Positions 1 to 12,155 of a stretch of 28,235 bases of DNA are shown in pieces (within the stretch, counting starts at the first letter, position 1; each line of letters begins with the position of its first letter). The stretch spans positions 1 to 28,235 of the forward strand of contig CDMY01000712.1 in the NCBI GenBank assembly GCA_001179505.1. Direction: 5' to 3'. The notes under the pieces were generated by a model. The model searched no databases. It had not been told where the DNA came from and saw nothing but the letters and a program-made list of their open reading frames with translations. Made by a program: the position numbers and the translations under genes. This DNA comes from Vitrella brassicaformis CCMP3155. Its lineage: Eukaryota; Protista; Chromerida.

Positions 1-194
1 CGTTGCATTGACTTAATCCTTTATCCGGGACTGACCGCCCGGCAGATCCTCTCTTCACCATTCTCCCCGACTCTCTCCCACCTATTCTTACAAGATCTGC
101 CCGGAACTTGCGAGCTGCCTTCCTCCCACAGGTTTCGGGCCGCCCTTTAACATTCCGCGAAATCGCTCTCTCCCTCCCACCTGGGCATCTGGCA

Positions 195-1184
195 ATGCAG
201 CATCGCAGCATGACATCCTTAGTGGCGTGTGCTTTCCTTTCCCTCATCATCTCACTCGTCGCCCTGCCGAGGCCATGCACAGCATTCCGGATGCCTTCCC
301 CCGTCCACAGAACCCCCCGAACGAGGGTTCGCAGCCGCCAGCCCTCCCTGCTGCGCATGTCGGCTTCTGAGGATGCCAGCGACACCATCATGAGGATTGA
401 CAACGTGCACGCCGAGGTTGGCGAGGAGGAGGAGAAGGTGGTCAAGATCCTGGATGGGTTCAGTCTGGAGGTCAAGAAAGGCGAGGTGCATGCCATCATG
501 GGACCCAACGGCAGCGGCAAGTCGACTCTGTCCAAGGTCATCACTGGCCACCCGGACTACCGCGTCATCGAGGGGTCCATCACTTTCAAGGGCGAGGACG
601 TCCTCGACATGGACGTCGACGAGCGGGCCCTCGCCGGCATCTTCCTGGCCTTCCAGTACCCGGTGGAGATCGCTGGCGTCTCCAACTCGGACTTCCTCCG
701 TGCGGCCGTCAACATCCGGCGGAAGCGGGAGGGACTGGACGACCTTGACGCCATTGAGTTCTCGATGAAGATGTTTGAGGAGCTCGACAAGCTCGGCCTC
801 GACCCGTCCTTCCTCGACCGCGGCATCAACGCCGGCTTCTCGGGCGGTGAGAAGAAGCGCAACGAGGTCTTGCAGATGGTGATGCTGAACCCCGATCTGG
901 TCATCTTGGATGAGACCGACTCCGGACTTGACGTCGACTCGCTCAAGACGACCGCAGAGGCCGTCAACAACTTCAAGGCGAGCCATCCCGACAAGACATT
1001 CCTGATCATCACCCACTACCAGAGGCTGCTGGACCTCATCAAGGCCGACCGAGTGAGCGTCATGAAGAAGGGGCGCGTGGTCCTCACTGGCGGCCCCGAC
1101 CTCGCCACCACCATAGAGCAATGGGGCTATGGCGACTGGTTGGAGAAAGAAGCTGCGGGCGGCAGGGAGGCCGTCCTGGCGTGA
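195..1184 (+). CDS. sufC: Fe-S cluster assembly ABC ATPase SufC, nucleus-encoded with a bipartite plastid-targeting presequence; single exon
   Basis: Walker A GPNGSGKST, signature FSGGEKKR, Walker B/D-loop ILDETDSGLD and H-loop ITHY. The first ATG is at 195; the ORF-track start at 108 is a TTG. The hydrophobic signal MQHRSMTSLVACAFLSLIISLVALPRPCTA is followed by F and an R/S/P-rich transit peptide. Confidence 0.95.
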   Translation: MQHRSMTSLVACAFLSLIISLVALPRPCTAFRMPSPVHRTPRTRVRSRQPSLLRMSASEDASDTIMRIDNVHAEVGEEEEKVVKILDGFSLEVKKGEVHAIMGPNGSGKSTLSKVITGHPDYRVIEGSITFKGEDVLDMDVDERALAGIFLAFQYPVEIAGVSNSDFLRAAVNIRRKREGLDDLDAIEFSMKMFEELDKLGLDPSFLDRGINAGFSGGEKKRNEVLQMVMLNPDLVILDETDSGLDVDSLKTTAEAVNNFKASHPDKTFLIITHYQRLLDLIKADRVSVMKKGRVVLTGGPDLATTIEQWGYGDWLEKEAAGGREAVLA

Positions 1185-1832
1185 CAGATTGATTGATTGT
1201 CGTGGGATCACACTTTGATGGACTGAATATGCATGTACGTGGGCGTCGATGTCTGGATGCATCAAATGGGGTCTGTCGATGGAGAGGCGATTGATTGTTT
1301 GTACAGCGTGTGCGTATGTGTGAGACTGACTGACTGACTGAATTTTTAGGCAGGGCCGGTCGCGTAGCGAAGACAGGGATGATGAGATGAGCTGAATGTG
1401 GTGTGGTGTGGTAGACTTTTAAGGGACGTTTTTGTTGGGGTGAACCCGCCGAACACGCAAGCACTCACATCAAAGGTCTAACGACTAATCGAACGGCCTG
1501 TGTGGGCATGGATACATAAAAAACGCACAGATGGACACGCGGAGAGATTCTACCACAGGGACGCACAACAGCTGACGCAATACGCACCAAACAGTACGTG
1601 GGACACTCGTCCATCAAAGCTTTTGTTGGATGAAAGGCAGCCAGCCCGGGGGTGGGAATCCACAAGCTGGCGTGGATGCAGCAGCATTTCCATGCATTGA
1701 TTTGATGCAAACAAACGTCACACATAGACAAAACGACGGGCATCATGGACGGATGGATTGATGGATGGATACGGTCCGGCCATGGGTCGGTCGGTCTGTC
1801 TGTCTGTCTGTCTTTGGTTTGATTTGATAAGT

Positions 1833-3308
1833 CTAAGTGGTGTCCATGGGGGCCTCGCCGCCCTCTGCCGCCGTCACCTCGGACGCAAGACGATCCAAAT
1901 ACACCTGCAGCTCCTCATTCGACAGTACTGACCACACACACGCGCACATGAAGACAGAGAGGGCGCTCGTGGATGACACCCAGAGGCTCCTGCTTACTTT
2001 TGAACTTCTGCTCCGCCCCGACGATTGCGATGTCGACACTCTCAGCAGTGATCCTGCACACGCAACGTGGGATGGCATGCATCGGATGTGTGTAGATGAG
2101 TGGGTGCAGTGTCTCGCTCACTCGTCGTCTGCAGTCTCTGATGCCTTCTTGAGAGCCTTGAGCGCATGCATGATCAGATCGTCGACAGACACTGCACACG
2201 CGGAAGACAGAGGAAAGAAGCGAGGGGGCAGGTCAGGGCAGGTCGTGTGGCGTCCAGTCAGCCAGTCCATTACCTTCTTTGAACGTCTTGAAGTGCTTCT
2301 CGAGGTAGGTCTTGGCTGACTGACAACGGCTGCCCAGCGCCATGGCCTGTGTCATGTCAATGCGATGCGTCGATATTCCTTCATCACGCAAGACTCTTCT
2401 GCTGCTGCAGTGCTGTGCTGTGCTGTGGTGTGGTCGTCACCTCGTATTCGAAGTAGTTGCCGCTCGGACACGTCTCGAAGAGATGCGGGCCAGTCATCTG
2501 ACACAAGGCATGCATGACACAGACACAAATCAACCCAAGCCAACAGACCCGATGATGACTGTGTGTTGCATCCATCCGTCCGTCCGTCCGTCCGTCCGTC
2601 CAGGTGTGAATGGCTCACATCGCTTCCCGCGACGAGCAGCCCCACGCCATAAGGACGCTTGCCCATCCTCTGCGTGTTGGCCTGAGACCCTGAGGTACAC
2701 ACACAACACAGACAAACATGCACCACATGGGGGTGGGGGTGCGGGTGTCAGGGAGGCGTCCGTGTCGTTGCTCACTGTCGCCGACGTCAGCCACGAGTCG
2801 TCCGACGGGCAGCGCCTCATCGAACTCGTACTTCTCCTGCTGACACTGGGTCCGCATGTACGAAGCCAGCACACCTGCATCAATCAACATCAATCAACGT
2901 TCGTTCGTTCAACAGGGGGCCCCTCCCCTTCCTATGTCTGTCGAGCAAGTATGTTCGACTGACGCACGTGCATCTGCAGTGAGCCCGGAGGCGGCGAACC
3001 CGACGTGATCATCGACCTTGTACAGCTTCTGCTGGTGCGAAGACATCTGCGTCTGGGCCTTCTTCAGCGCTCCCAACACCTGCACACAACAAACAAACAA
3101 CGTGTTTGATTCCTGTGGCAGGGGGGCGTGCGTGCCTGCCTGCCAGTGTGTTGTTTGCGCTGTGTGCTGTGCTGACCACGTGTGTCTTAGATCTGAGTCC
3201 GACGACACAGGTGCCCTGCTTGACGGCCTCCATGGCGTACTCTATCTGGTGGATGCGCCCCTGAGGACTCCATGTCGTCGGGTCGGTGTCGTACAGATTA
3301 CGATACAT
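1833..3308 (-). CDS. PSMA1: 20S proteasome subunit alpha type-1 (alpha6), 9 exons, 254 aa
   Basis: [32 protein letters not shown]...SGLTADAR...RPYGVGLL...TCPSGNY. Exons 3308-3177, 3079-2968, 2874-2776, 2689-2619, 2497-2441, 2346-2274, 2191-2122, 2053-1998 and 1927-1833, all with GT-AG introns, sum to 765 nt in frame. Confidence 0.95.
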
Positions 3309-3507
3309 CCTCTGAGCCTTTCGCTGCTGTTAAGCCGGTTAGGCCTGCGCCGGGATAGATCTGGAAGCTTAGCTTGCGAGCTCAGATCTCCGAAGGGAAG
3401 GAAAGGAGGTGGCAGGACGCGAGTCTAAGCGGCCTGCGTCCCGTTCATCTGTCCTCATATCCTTGATTGATTGGCAATTCATATCATTGACGCTGTGATA
3501 GTCAGTG
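3309..3507. promoter_or_regulatory. Putative bidirectional promoter, PSMA1 / OZ-like gene (199 bp)
   Basis: Divergent ATGs at 3308 (-) and 3508 (+). Contains TGCGAGCT (3375-3382), two AGATCT and two GGCCTGCG. Confidence 0.65.
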
Positions 3508-5009
3508 ATGTCGGCTGGTGCGACGGGCAAGGTGACGGCGGTGGTGCAGCGCAAGGCACTCGAGGCCATACGGGGCCACCTGCCGGTCAGATCTCAGCCC
3601 GCACACTTCCTCGAGTCGCAGCGCCACGCCGCCATGGCATTCATCCAGCGCCTTGGGCAATTTGCTGTCGAGTGCTGCGGATGTGCTACGCCGCAAAAGA
3701 GAATACAGGTGCGTATAAATCTGCAGGTCCAACACGTGCTGCCGCTTTGCAATGGCTGTCTTGTGTGCGTGTGTGCGTGTGCGTGTGTGTGTGTTTGTGT
3801 TGTGTTACATGTCAGTTGAAGAAGTCGTTGCTTCACGCGTCGTTGGGTCTTGAGGTTGAGACGTTCCTGACCGAGACGGGCATGGATGTGCGCCACCTGC
3901 AGACACTCGCCGCCATGGAGTGTCCCGTCGTATACCCTTCTAAAGACATGTAGGCACGGATCGAGGCCTGCATGTCTGTCTGTATCTCATGGATGGATGG
4001 ATGTGTGAATGTAGGAGTGTGACGTTGCTGGAGACCTCGCCCAAGAAGATCATCAACGCGAGCAAGCGACTCAGGTTCTTCCTCTCACTCCCAGAAGTCA
4101 CGGTGGGTACACAAATGCCCGAACACGCTCGCATCTCTGTGACGCACTCACGGGAACTTCATCCTCGTTGCATTGCAGACGTGTCGATCGTGTTCGAAAC
4201 GCGGCCGATGTGCCAGGTTCCTGGCGGTCAGCAAACGACACAATATCTATCACACGAGCTGAGGCGCTGCATCGTTGGTCGTTCGCGATGTGCAGGCGCC
4301 CGAGGGCCGGTTGGACCTGTCCGACGTCTCCAGAATTCTCGTCGGCCTACACACGGTGGGAGGAGAGAGAGGAACGCAGAACCAGAGCCATGATATGTTT
4401 TTTGACGATGTGAGTTTTTTTCCTTCCGTTCTTCCTCTGCTTGGTTGGGGTTTAATTCATTTGGTTGTTGTATCAGTTGTGCCGCACATATGTTCGCTCG
4501 CCCGAGACGTACAACCTGGTGGTGACGCCGTCGGAGCTGCAGTCGGCACACGCCACACTCGACGCACTTTTCATTTACATGAAACCACTCGCACAATGGG
4601 CCGGTATCGACAAGGTCCGTCTGCCACCTGCCAACAATCGAACCCTCCTGAAAGTGACCGCTGGCTGCTTGTGTGCGTGTGGTTGTGCAGGTGCCTTTGG
4701 CGGACAAGAGGACGGCGTGCATCGCTGCCAACACCATCCAGAGGAAGGTCAACGACAAAATACGACGGAAACGGGAAGCCAAGGTCACCCAGGGAGGGAG
4801 GGAGGGAGGGAGGGAGCAACACATACACACACAGACTGACAGACAGATCCGAGCGCATTGTCCCCCCTGTGAGTGTCAGATGCTCAACATGCCCGAGTGG
4901 CTCCGCAACACACTCGACCCGGCCACCATCAAACATATGTCCAGAAAACAACGGTACGTACCCACACCACAAACACGAGTACACCTCCATTGCTCTCTGT
5001 TTGTCTGTT

Positions 5010-5104
<95 letters not shown>

Positions 5105-8100
5105 ATGTCTGTCTGTCTGTCTGTCTGTGTACCTGTCATCCCTCCATCCATCCATCCATCAATGTGACCATGTGTCCTGCAGCGCCATAGTCCAGCGTTG
5201 GTTCGATGCGCAGGACATCTGTCCGCCGGGCACACCTGAGGAGGACCAGTTCATATGGGTCAAGGAGGCGGAACAAGACAAAGGCGAGTGGGGACAACTC
5301 AATATCGACGAAGCTGATCGTGCCGACAAGCGACACCACGACCACCACACCAGCGCCAAGAGGCCCGACCAAGCTTCCGAAGAGAGAAAGGCCGCAGAGA
5401 AAGAGATCGAATACGTAAGGCAGCCAGGAAGGGCGGGAGGCAGCTAGGGTGAGAGGGAGGGATAACGGAAGAAAGGTGGTGGAGATGTGTGGGCTCGTGC
5501 ATCGATCATTGGACGCAGGTGAAGCTGTCCGACGGTCGTGTGATTCCCCTGGAGAGTCTTGAGGACCTGCCCGTCAAGCGTCGGTTCGTCTACCGCATGC
5601 CCAAGGTGCACAGAGAGCAAATCATCCAGTTCAACGCTATCTACAACCAATACGTCAGGTATGTCAGACTGGTGGACCCCCACGCCCTTCCTACTCTACT
5701 ATGTCGTTGGGATGGTTGGTGGTCTGTCAGGGGCTTGACTCGTGAGAAGGGGGCGGCCGGGAAGGAGCTCTATGTAGATGTCGACACATACACACCTGCA
5801 CAACAGGTGCTGTGACATGTGTGCACGACGCACACAGAGAGACCACACGGGACTTCTTTCCCACCGCCCACCTACCCGTCTTGTGCTTTCGTGCCGAGTT
5901 CAGGTGTCGTCAGGCCGCGGCCACAACGAGCTGATCAAGCTGGGCGAGGGATCAACCGGGGACAGCACGGACGATGATGTCGACATAGCAGCGATCGAGT
6001 CTGCCGAGGATCAGCTGGACTTGCTGCCTTTGCCGAGGGGCGGTTACACGCTGGTGGACCTCCTCAACTCTGACACATTCGCCAAGACGCCCGCCAAGCT
6101 GGCGCCGTACATCAGCGTCGCACCCAAGGTGCAGTTTGCGTCCATTCCATGAGTGGGTGGGAAGGGAAGCTGCGGTGCACGTGGACAGCTGTTTTTGTTT
6201 GTTTCGTCCCTCTGTTGCTGGCACTAGGGTCTTGAGGGCGTGCAGTACATCAAGAAGCTCAACCCGGCGGTGCGACATTCAACACGCCCACGCCATCACC
6301 ATCCCCTCTCCTTATGAAATGAATGGATGCATTGACTGATGCGACTGACTGATGCGTGTGTGTTGCTTCAGGATTTGTACCGCACCCAGAGCTACATCCA
6401 GAGCCTGTGGGGCAACGCCGACCTGCTCAAGACCATTGACACCCTCCCCTTCATCCAGAGGGTGCCCTTCGACCAGCCCCACCACTCCTCAGGGGGCGTC
6501 CTGCCACCGAACAAACTCCCATTCAGACATACCAAGGCCGACCGCTCGCACCACGTGCCCATGCCGCCACCGGACAGACGGCAGCTGACCGAAGGGGACA
6601 TTCCCGATGAGCTGATGAACGTGGGCGTGAGCGACGAGCTGGGCGATCGTCTTGTGAACCGGCGTGATGGGCTGCTGGAGAGCCTGGACGAGTCGGTCAC
6701 CATCACGCCGCTGAGGATACGACCTGGCAGGGGCAGGAGCCAGGCGCAACCACACACGAGAGGTGGGTAGCGGGGTGCACTGGTGGGCTGGGTTGGGTTG
6801 GTGAGACTTGTGACAGACAAACACAGACAGACAGACAGACCGGAGGGACGCACAACCCGCCAAGCTTGCAATGCGTGAGTGTCGCTCGCGTCGTGTCGTG
6901 TCGTGTGCGTTGTGTGATCGACTTGATTCAGACTCTGGACCTGTTCAAGGTGAGGGTGAGGGCGACATGTCCGCGTGGCGCGCTGCCCTGGCGGAGCGAC
7001 AGAGGGAATTCGAACAGCGACAGGCGACGAGCACCCGCCAGCAGGTGGGGGCTCGTCCCGGGTTGTCTGTCCCACGTGCCACCCTGACAAACAAACATAC
7101 ATACGTACTTACTGCTCTGATGCCATTCATTGTTGGGCGGCTGAATGAATGGTGTCAGGATGACGATTCTGACAGCGATGGCCAGCATGACAGGCCAGTC
7201 CCGCAGCAAACGGCGTCCGCACAAAGCGATGAAGCCCTCTTCCACATGGCAGTCGAGGTGGGTGGGGTGGGTACACACACATCCACCGATGCACACGAAC
7301 GAACGAACGGACGTCGCCAATCAATCCAATCCTCACTCGTTGGCTCCTTGTGGGTGTGGTGTGGATGGTGTGTGTCAGGACCGGCAGACTTCTGGGAGCC
7401 TGGCGGGTGCCTCCAAGCTCGCCCAGCGAGGCAATACCCGCCACCCATCACCAGATGCAGACGACCCGCAACAAGAGGCCCCGCAGCAGGATGGCCCAGC
7501 GGCGTCAGGCATCCCCTCGATGCTGGATGTGCAAGCACGGGCGGCCCAGCTGTCCGCCGCACGGTCGGCCTCTGCACCTGGATCTGAGGGTGAGCCGTGT
7601 GCAGGGTTGGTTGAGGGTGGTCGCATCAGTGTGGGGAGGCGCCGCCGTCTGCGGACCATCGGCGACAAGAAAGAGGACTCGGACGACGAGGACCACCGGT
7701 TCATGGCATGGAAGGTACGCATCCCCGCGGGCGGATGGGTGGGTGAGACAGACAAAGCTCATCCTCGCAAGCACAGCACCTGCCGTGCCCTGTCTGTTGG
7801 CTGGCTGCCCTGCCCCTGTCATGACTGGCATGCAGGCGAAGCGGGCATCACCAGACTCATCAGATTCTGCCACCGAAGACGCAGCCTCTCATGATCAGGA
7901 TGCATCGATCACGCCCCCTACGTTCTCAGGCGGCCGCCGCAAATCCCGACGCCCGAAGAGAGACATCGAGATAGACCAAGAGCACGATGCTGATGCTGCT
8001 GGTGACGCTGACTCCAGCCCGTTCTTCATGGAGTCAGTGGGCGGTTCCCCTCGGCTGCAGCACCGAGGTCTGAAGCTGGTCGACTCGGTGGACTTTGGGG

Positions 8101-9226
8101 GCGACAGCGAGGCTGCTTCGGTCCGGCTGATGGACGTCGATATGTCATCGGATGATGTGCGGCCCAGCGAGGGGCTGCCCCGCCGTGCCGAGGGTGAGGA
8201 GAATGACCCTGTGTTCCGATCTCAGTTTCGGGTGGGCCTCGCCGACGTCAGTGCCATCCCACGCAGCCTGAGTGCTGGCGAGGTGGACGAGGAGCGGCAG
8301 CTCATGACCGGCAAACTCAGGGCATGGACACAGGTACCCTACCTACCTGCGGCTGGGAGAGAGGGAGAGGGAGGGAGGGAGGGAGGGAGGGAGATGGACA
8401 CCCCCCATCCCCATGTGATGTGCCTGTCGTTGGTGTGTGTGCCGTGTCGTATGTACCAGAGCAAGGGCCACATCGAGACGCCTTTCACCCGCTTCCCCAA
8501 GTTCACCGACTACAGCAAAGACGCCTACTCGCCCACCGAGCAGCGCCGCCAAGCCAAAGACACCCATTCCCCTCCCCCCACCTCTCGCATGCCCCGCGCC
8601 AAGCTCGAGCAAGCCACACTGGGCGAGCTCTCCAAATACATCAAGGCACCACCCAGTTCTGACCAAGACGATGCACAAGATGGTGATCGTCACGGCAGCG
8701 ATGTGGCGCCTTTATCGGGTCCGCGCGTCAAGGGCAAGGGCGTGGAGGACGACCAGGCTTGGGAGAGCAAGTACGGCGTGCAGAAGGAGTGGAGTGTGCA
8801 GGAGAAGCACTTCAAGGACAAGCAGGGGGCGGGCAAGCACCACGCATTGGGTGGCGCCGTGCCAGTCAACCCACAAACCACGGAAATGGCACGCAGGTAT
8901 GATGCCATCCATGCACACGCCACACATGACACACACAGTACAGTCATTCCGTGTGTCTGTCTGTCTGCCTGTGTGAATGCAGTGCTGCGGCGCTTCAGCG
9001 TGTGGTGGATCGTCAGCGAAAGGCCGAGATGATCGAAAAGCTGCGAGCGGAGCGACAGAAGAGCAAAGACAGACACAAGGACGGCGGCAAGGCACCACAG
9101 ACACCGCGAGAGCAGATGGCCGTGAGTCGTGAGGAGGCGGCTCGTCTGCGAGATGAGGCGCCCCTGGGCCCTGCTCGAAAGAAAAGTCCGGAGGAAACCG
9201 TTGCCGACTTGTTTTGCAAGCCGTAG
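3508..9226 (+). CDS. Large (~1,200 aa, ~20 exons) uncharacterised protein with an N-terminal OZ/VAR3-like Cys-containing domain and a low-complexity charged C-terminal half
   Basis: A chain of phase-compatible GT-AG exons starts 3508-3708, 3816-3949, 4015-4102, 4179-4226, 4296-4355 and ends at ...DLFCKP TAG 9226. The spliced N-terminal part reads ECP...KKIINASKRLRFFLSLPEVTTCRSCSKRGRCARF...DVSRIL. Some 3' exon borders are less certain. Confidence 0.7.
4997..5128. repeat. Imperfect (CTGT)n tetranucleotide microsatellite, intronic
   Basis: About 33 units of CTGT/TTGT, the longest simple repeat in the window. It accounts for the LSVC/TDRQ pseudo-ORFs. Confidence 0.95.
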
Positions 9227-9774
9227 CTGTCTTGGCTGTGTCTCATTGTATGGATGGCTGAGTGAGTGCACTACTGCACGTTCTCGTGTATGGTTGTCAT
9301 GTGTGATGTGATGCCTTGGGTGGCCATAAAGACGCCATTCATTCACTCATCGATTCAGCCATCACAAACATGCAGTCTGCGTCAAGGTGTCACATCCATC
9401 CATCCATCACACACACACACGCACAGAAGGGCACGGAAGGAAGGCGTCGCATCTCACCAGCACCGCACCACCATGGCTGCACTGCATGCATCTGCCCATC
9501 CACCAACACCCGCCACCCCTTTGCCACAATGGCCGTGTCCGCTCCCAATGTCAGCACGTGGGTCGATTCGATGATCCGCTCACATGCCCGCAAGGGGGAG
9601 CAAACACAACCACCACTGCAGCAAGGTTCGTCGCGACAAAACACCACAAGGCAGGCAGGCAGGCAGGCATCGATGAAGCTGCTGGCAGGGCAGAGGTGTG
9701 TTGGCCACGCCACACAAGCCGCGCCACCACCGACACATAGAAGCATGAAAGCCGGCCATCCGACCCGCACTTCA

Positions 9775-12035
9775 TCAGTCCTCGACATCGGCCACCCCCT
9801 CGGCCTGGCGCTCCAACTTTTTCTGCAATACAGTACACAATCGATGTGATGTGATGCGGTGCGATGGAGGCAGGGAGGGGTGGGTGGGTGTGTTGGTTGA
9901 TGCGTGCAGTGAATGGATGACCTTGGTTAGTCCGTAGTATTTCTCCTTCTCCTCTGAGGTCTGGAAGCGCCCGTGGCCGTACTTGGATGACGTGTCGATG
10001 AACTTGATGCCCATGACGTTCGTCTGACCCTCGGCAGTCTCCTTGCGGACCACCTACACACACAGCATACATCCCATCCAGACACACACACACACACACA
10101 CACGTACAGGCATGGATGTCAGGCATCCATCCATCCATCCCTCATTCATTCCCTCATTCAGTTGACGCATTGATGTACCGGCGGGTAGAGAGTCTTCCTG
10201 ACGGTGAGGAGTCGCTTCTTGGGTCCCGGGATGCACCCCTTGAGCATCAACCAATCCTCGTTCACCTCGCCGTAGTGCGGGAAACCACCTAGGGAACAGA
10301 CACACACACAGGCAACACCGGCACATTCACTTCTCTACGGGTCCGTCTGTTGAGAGAATTTCCTTGCTTGGTTCCTGTGCTGGTTGGTTGCCTACCCATG
10401 GGTGTGATGCCCTTCTGTGTGACGTCTGCTTCGGTGGCGGCCGAGTTGTGTGCGTTGGTCTTGAGGCCGACACGGTAGATGCGCTTGTTGATTTCCGTCC
10501 GCTGGTGGTACCCACGCTGGCCGGCACGCGGTACCTGGAACTGCACGCGGGCCGGGTGCCACGCACCGATGCAAGCAACCTGACCAACAAACAAACCAGC
10601 CAATGTAGCGCAACGCACCGTGAGGACCAGATGAACAAGGAAGCTGGGATGGATGGGAAGGGGATGTCTTGGTTACCTTTCGGAGCCCTCTGTGGGTCTT
10701 GCGTGGGAGGCGGGTGACGCCCCAGCGGGTCACCACGCCCTCGTAGCCCTTGCCCTTCGTCACACCTACACAGGAGTTTCATGTGATGTTGTCCATCCAT
10801 TGTCCCGTCTGTGTTGGTCCTGTGAGGGTTGCGTACCGATGATGTCGACCACGTCGTTTTCGTTGAAGACGGCATTCACAGAGATGGTCTGCTCAAACAA
10901 ACTGGTGATGAACTCAACCTAACGCAACGCACACACATCCGCACACAGAGGTATCGGACTCCTGTTGTGTGATGTCCGTCCGCCGAATGCTGGCTGACCT
11001 TGTGTGCAACGTCGCGTCCGCCGTTGACTTGTATCTCCGCGATGTGGGCCTTCTTCTGTCCGGTCTTTGCGAGTCGTGGCTGTGTGTGTACGATGGCGCG
11101 GACGACGGTGCAGTACTGGGCGATGCGCTTGAGCTCGGCGTCCATCTTGTTGTTCTCCTGGTAACGCTTGGCATACTTGGTGTACGCCTTCTGCTTCGAA
11201 CGATACCTAACAACACAACACAACACACACACAATCACACACGTGAGCCAGTGGACGGTCTCTCTGTCTGTCTGTGTGTGCGTGTGGGTGACCAGTTTTT
11301 GTAGAATCGTCGCTTGCACTCCTCCGAGAGGTGTCCTGCCCAGACGGACGTGAGAGCGCGGAGGCCCCTGGGTGTCTCGATGTAGCCCACGAGGCCCACC
11401 ACCACCAGCGGGGGACACTCCACTATCGTCACCGCCTCAACGCACTCCTTCTTGTGCAGCTCTGACATCAAGTCACACGCAGACAGACACGCCAGACATA
11501 CAGATCGATCGACATACCAACCCAACACGCGGAACACCCTGTGTGTGCTGTCTGCCTCTGACTCCCTCCTGGTGCGTGTGTGGTGTCTGTCTGTCTGTCT
11601 GTCTGTCTTTGTGCTGCCCTCCCTCCCGCCTCACTTGATCCGGGTTTTTCGATCTCCCGTACGACGTGTGTCATGCCGGCCTTCCAGCCCATGAAGGCAG
11701 CCAGGTTGGGGGTCTCGCTCGGCTTGTCCTTCTGGTACGCCTTGACTGACACGGTCAACACAATACAGCACACAGGGAACAGAGGCGGGAGGGAAACAAG
11801 GCCACACACAGATGAGCGACGAGGCGAGAAGCCACAGGTGGGCCTGGCTGGGTGTCGTGTGGTTCCCCTCCTCCCCCCTGGTGCCTCTGTGTGCCAGATC
11901 TGCCCGTCCGTGTGCCGTGTGTTGCGCGTTGTGTTGTGCGCGTCACTCACTCCTGCCCCTGGGGTGTCGGCATCTCTTCCGCGGGAGAAATCCCAGCGAC
12001 CCGTGCCGGGGATGCTCGAACTTACGGTGGGACAT
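9775..12035 (-). CDS. RPL3: 60S ribosomal protein L3 (uL3), 10 exons, 405 aa
   Basis: [68 protein letters not shown]. Exons 12035-11951, 11745-11635, 11461-11293, 11206-10999, 10918-10837, 10765-10677, 10579-10396, 10288-10179, 10053-9922 and 9822-9775 sum to 1218 nt. Confidence 0.97.
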
Positions 12036-12155
12036 CCTCTCGACACACAAGCCTCCAACAGCAGGGTTTTCACGGAGCCCTAGTCTCCTGACTGCGAGCT
12101 TAAATGTGCGAGCTTCATCGCAGAAAGTGAGGCACGAAATCGCTTCGACAGCGCG
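12036..12155. promoter_or_regulatory. Putative bidirectional promoter, RPL3 / RPL31 (120 bp)
   Basis: Divergent ATGs 120 bp apart. Direct repeat TGCGAGCTT with cores at 12093-12100 and 12107-12114. Confidence 0.75.

Noticed and set aside
252-1265. 337-aa antisense ORF over sufC
   Set aside because: Shadow ORF expected from high GC3 codon bias; no recognisable motifs.
4275-5447. 390-aa ORF and other long ORFs with LSVC/TDRQ/GREG/HPSI repeats
   Set aside because: These are translations through stop-free intronic microsatellites, not repeat proteins.
7590-7604. Possible 15-nt micro-intron (GTGAGCCGTGTGCAG)
   Set aside because: Far shorter than any other intron here, and the frame is open without it.
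12061-12083. Telo-box-like AGGGTTTT / CCCTAG in the ribosomal protein promoter
   Set aside because: Only partial matches to AAACCCTA, and not repeated in the other promoters.
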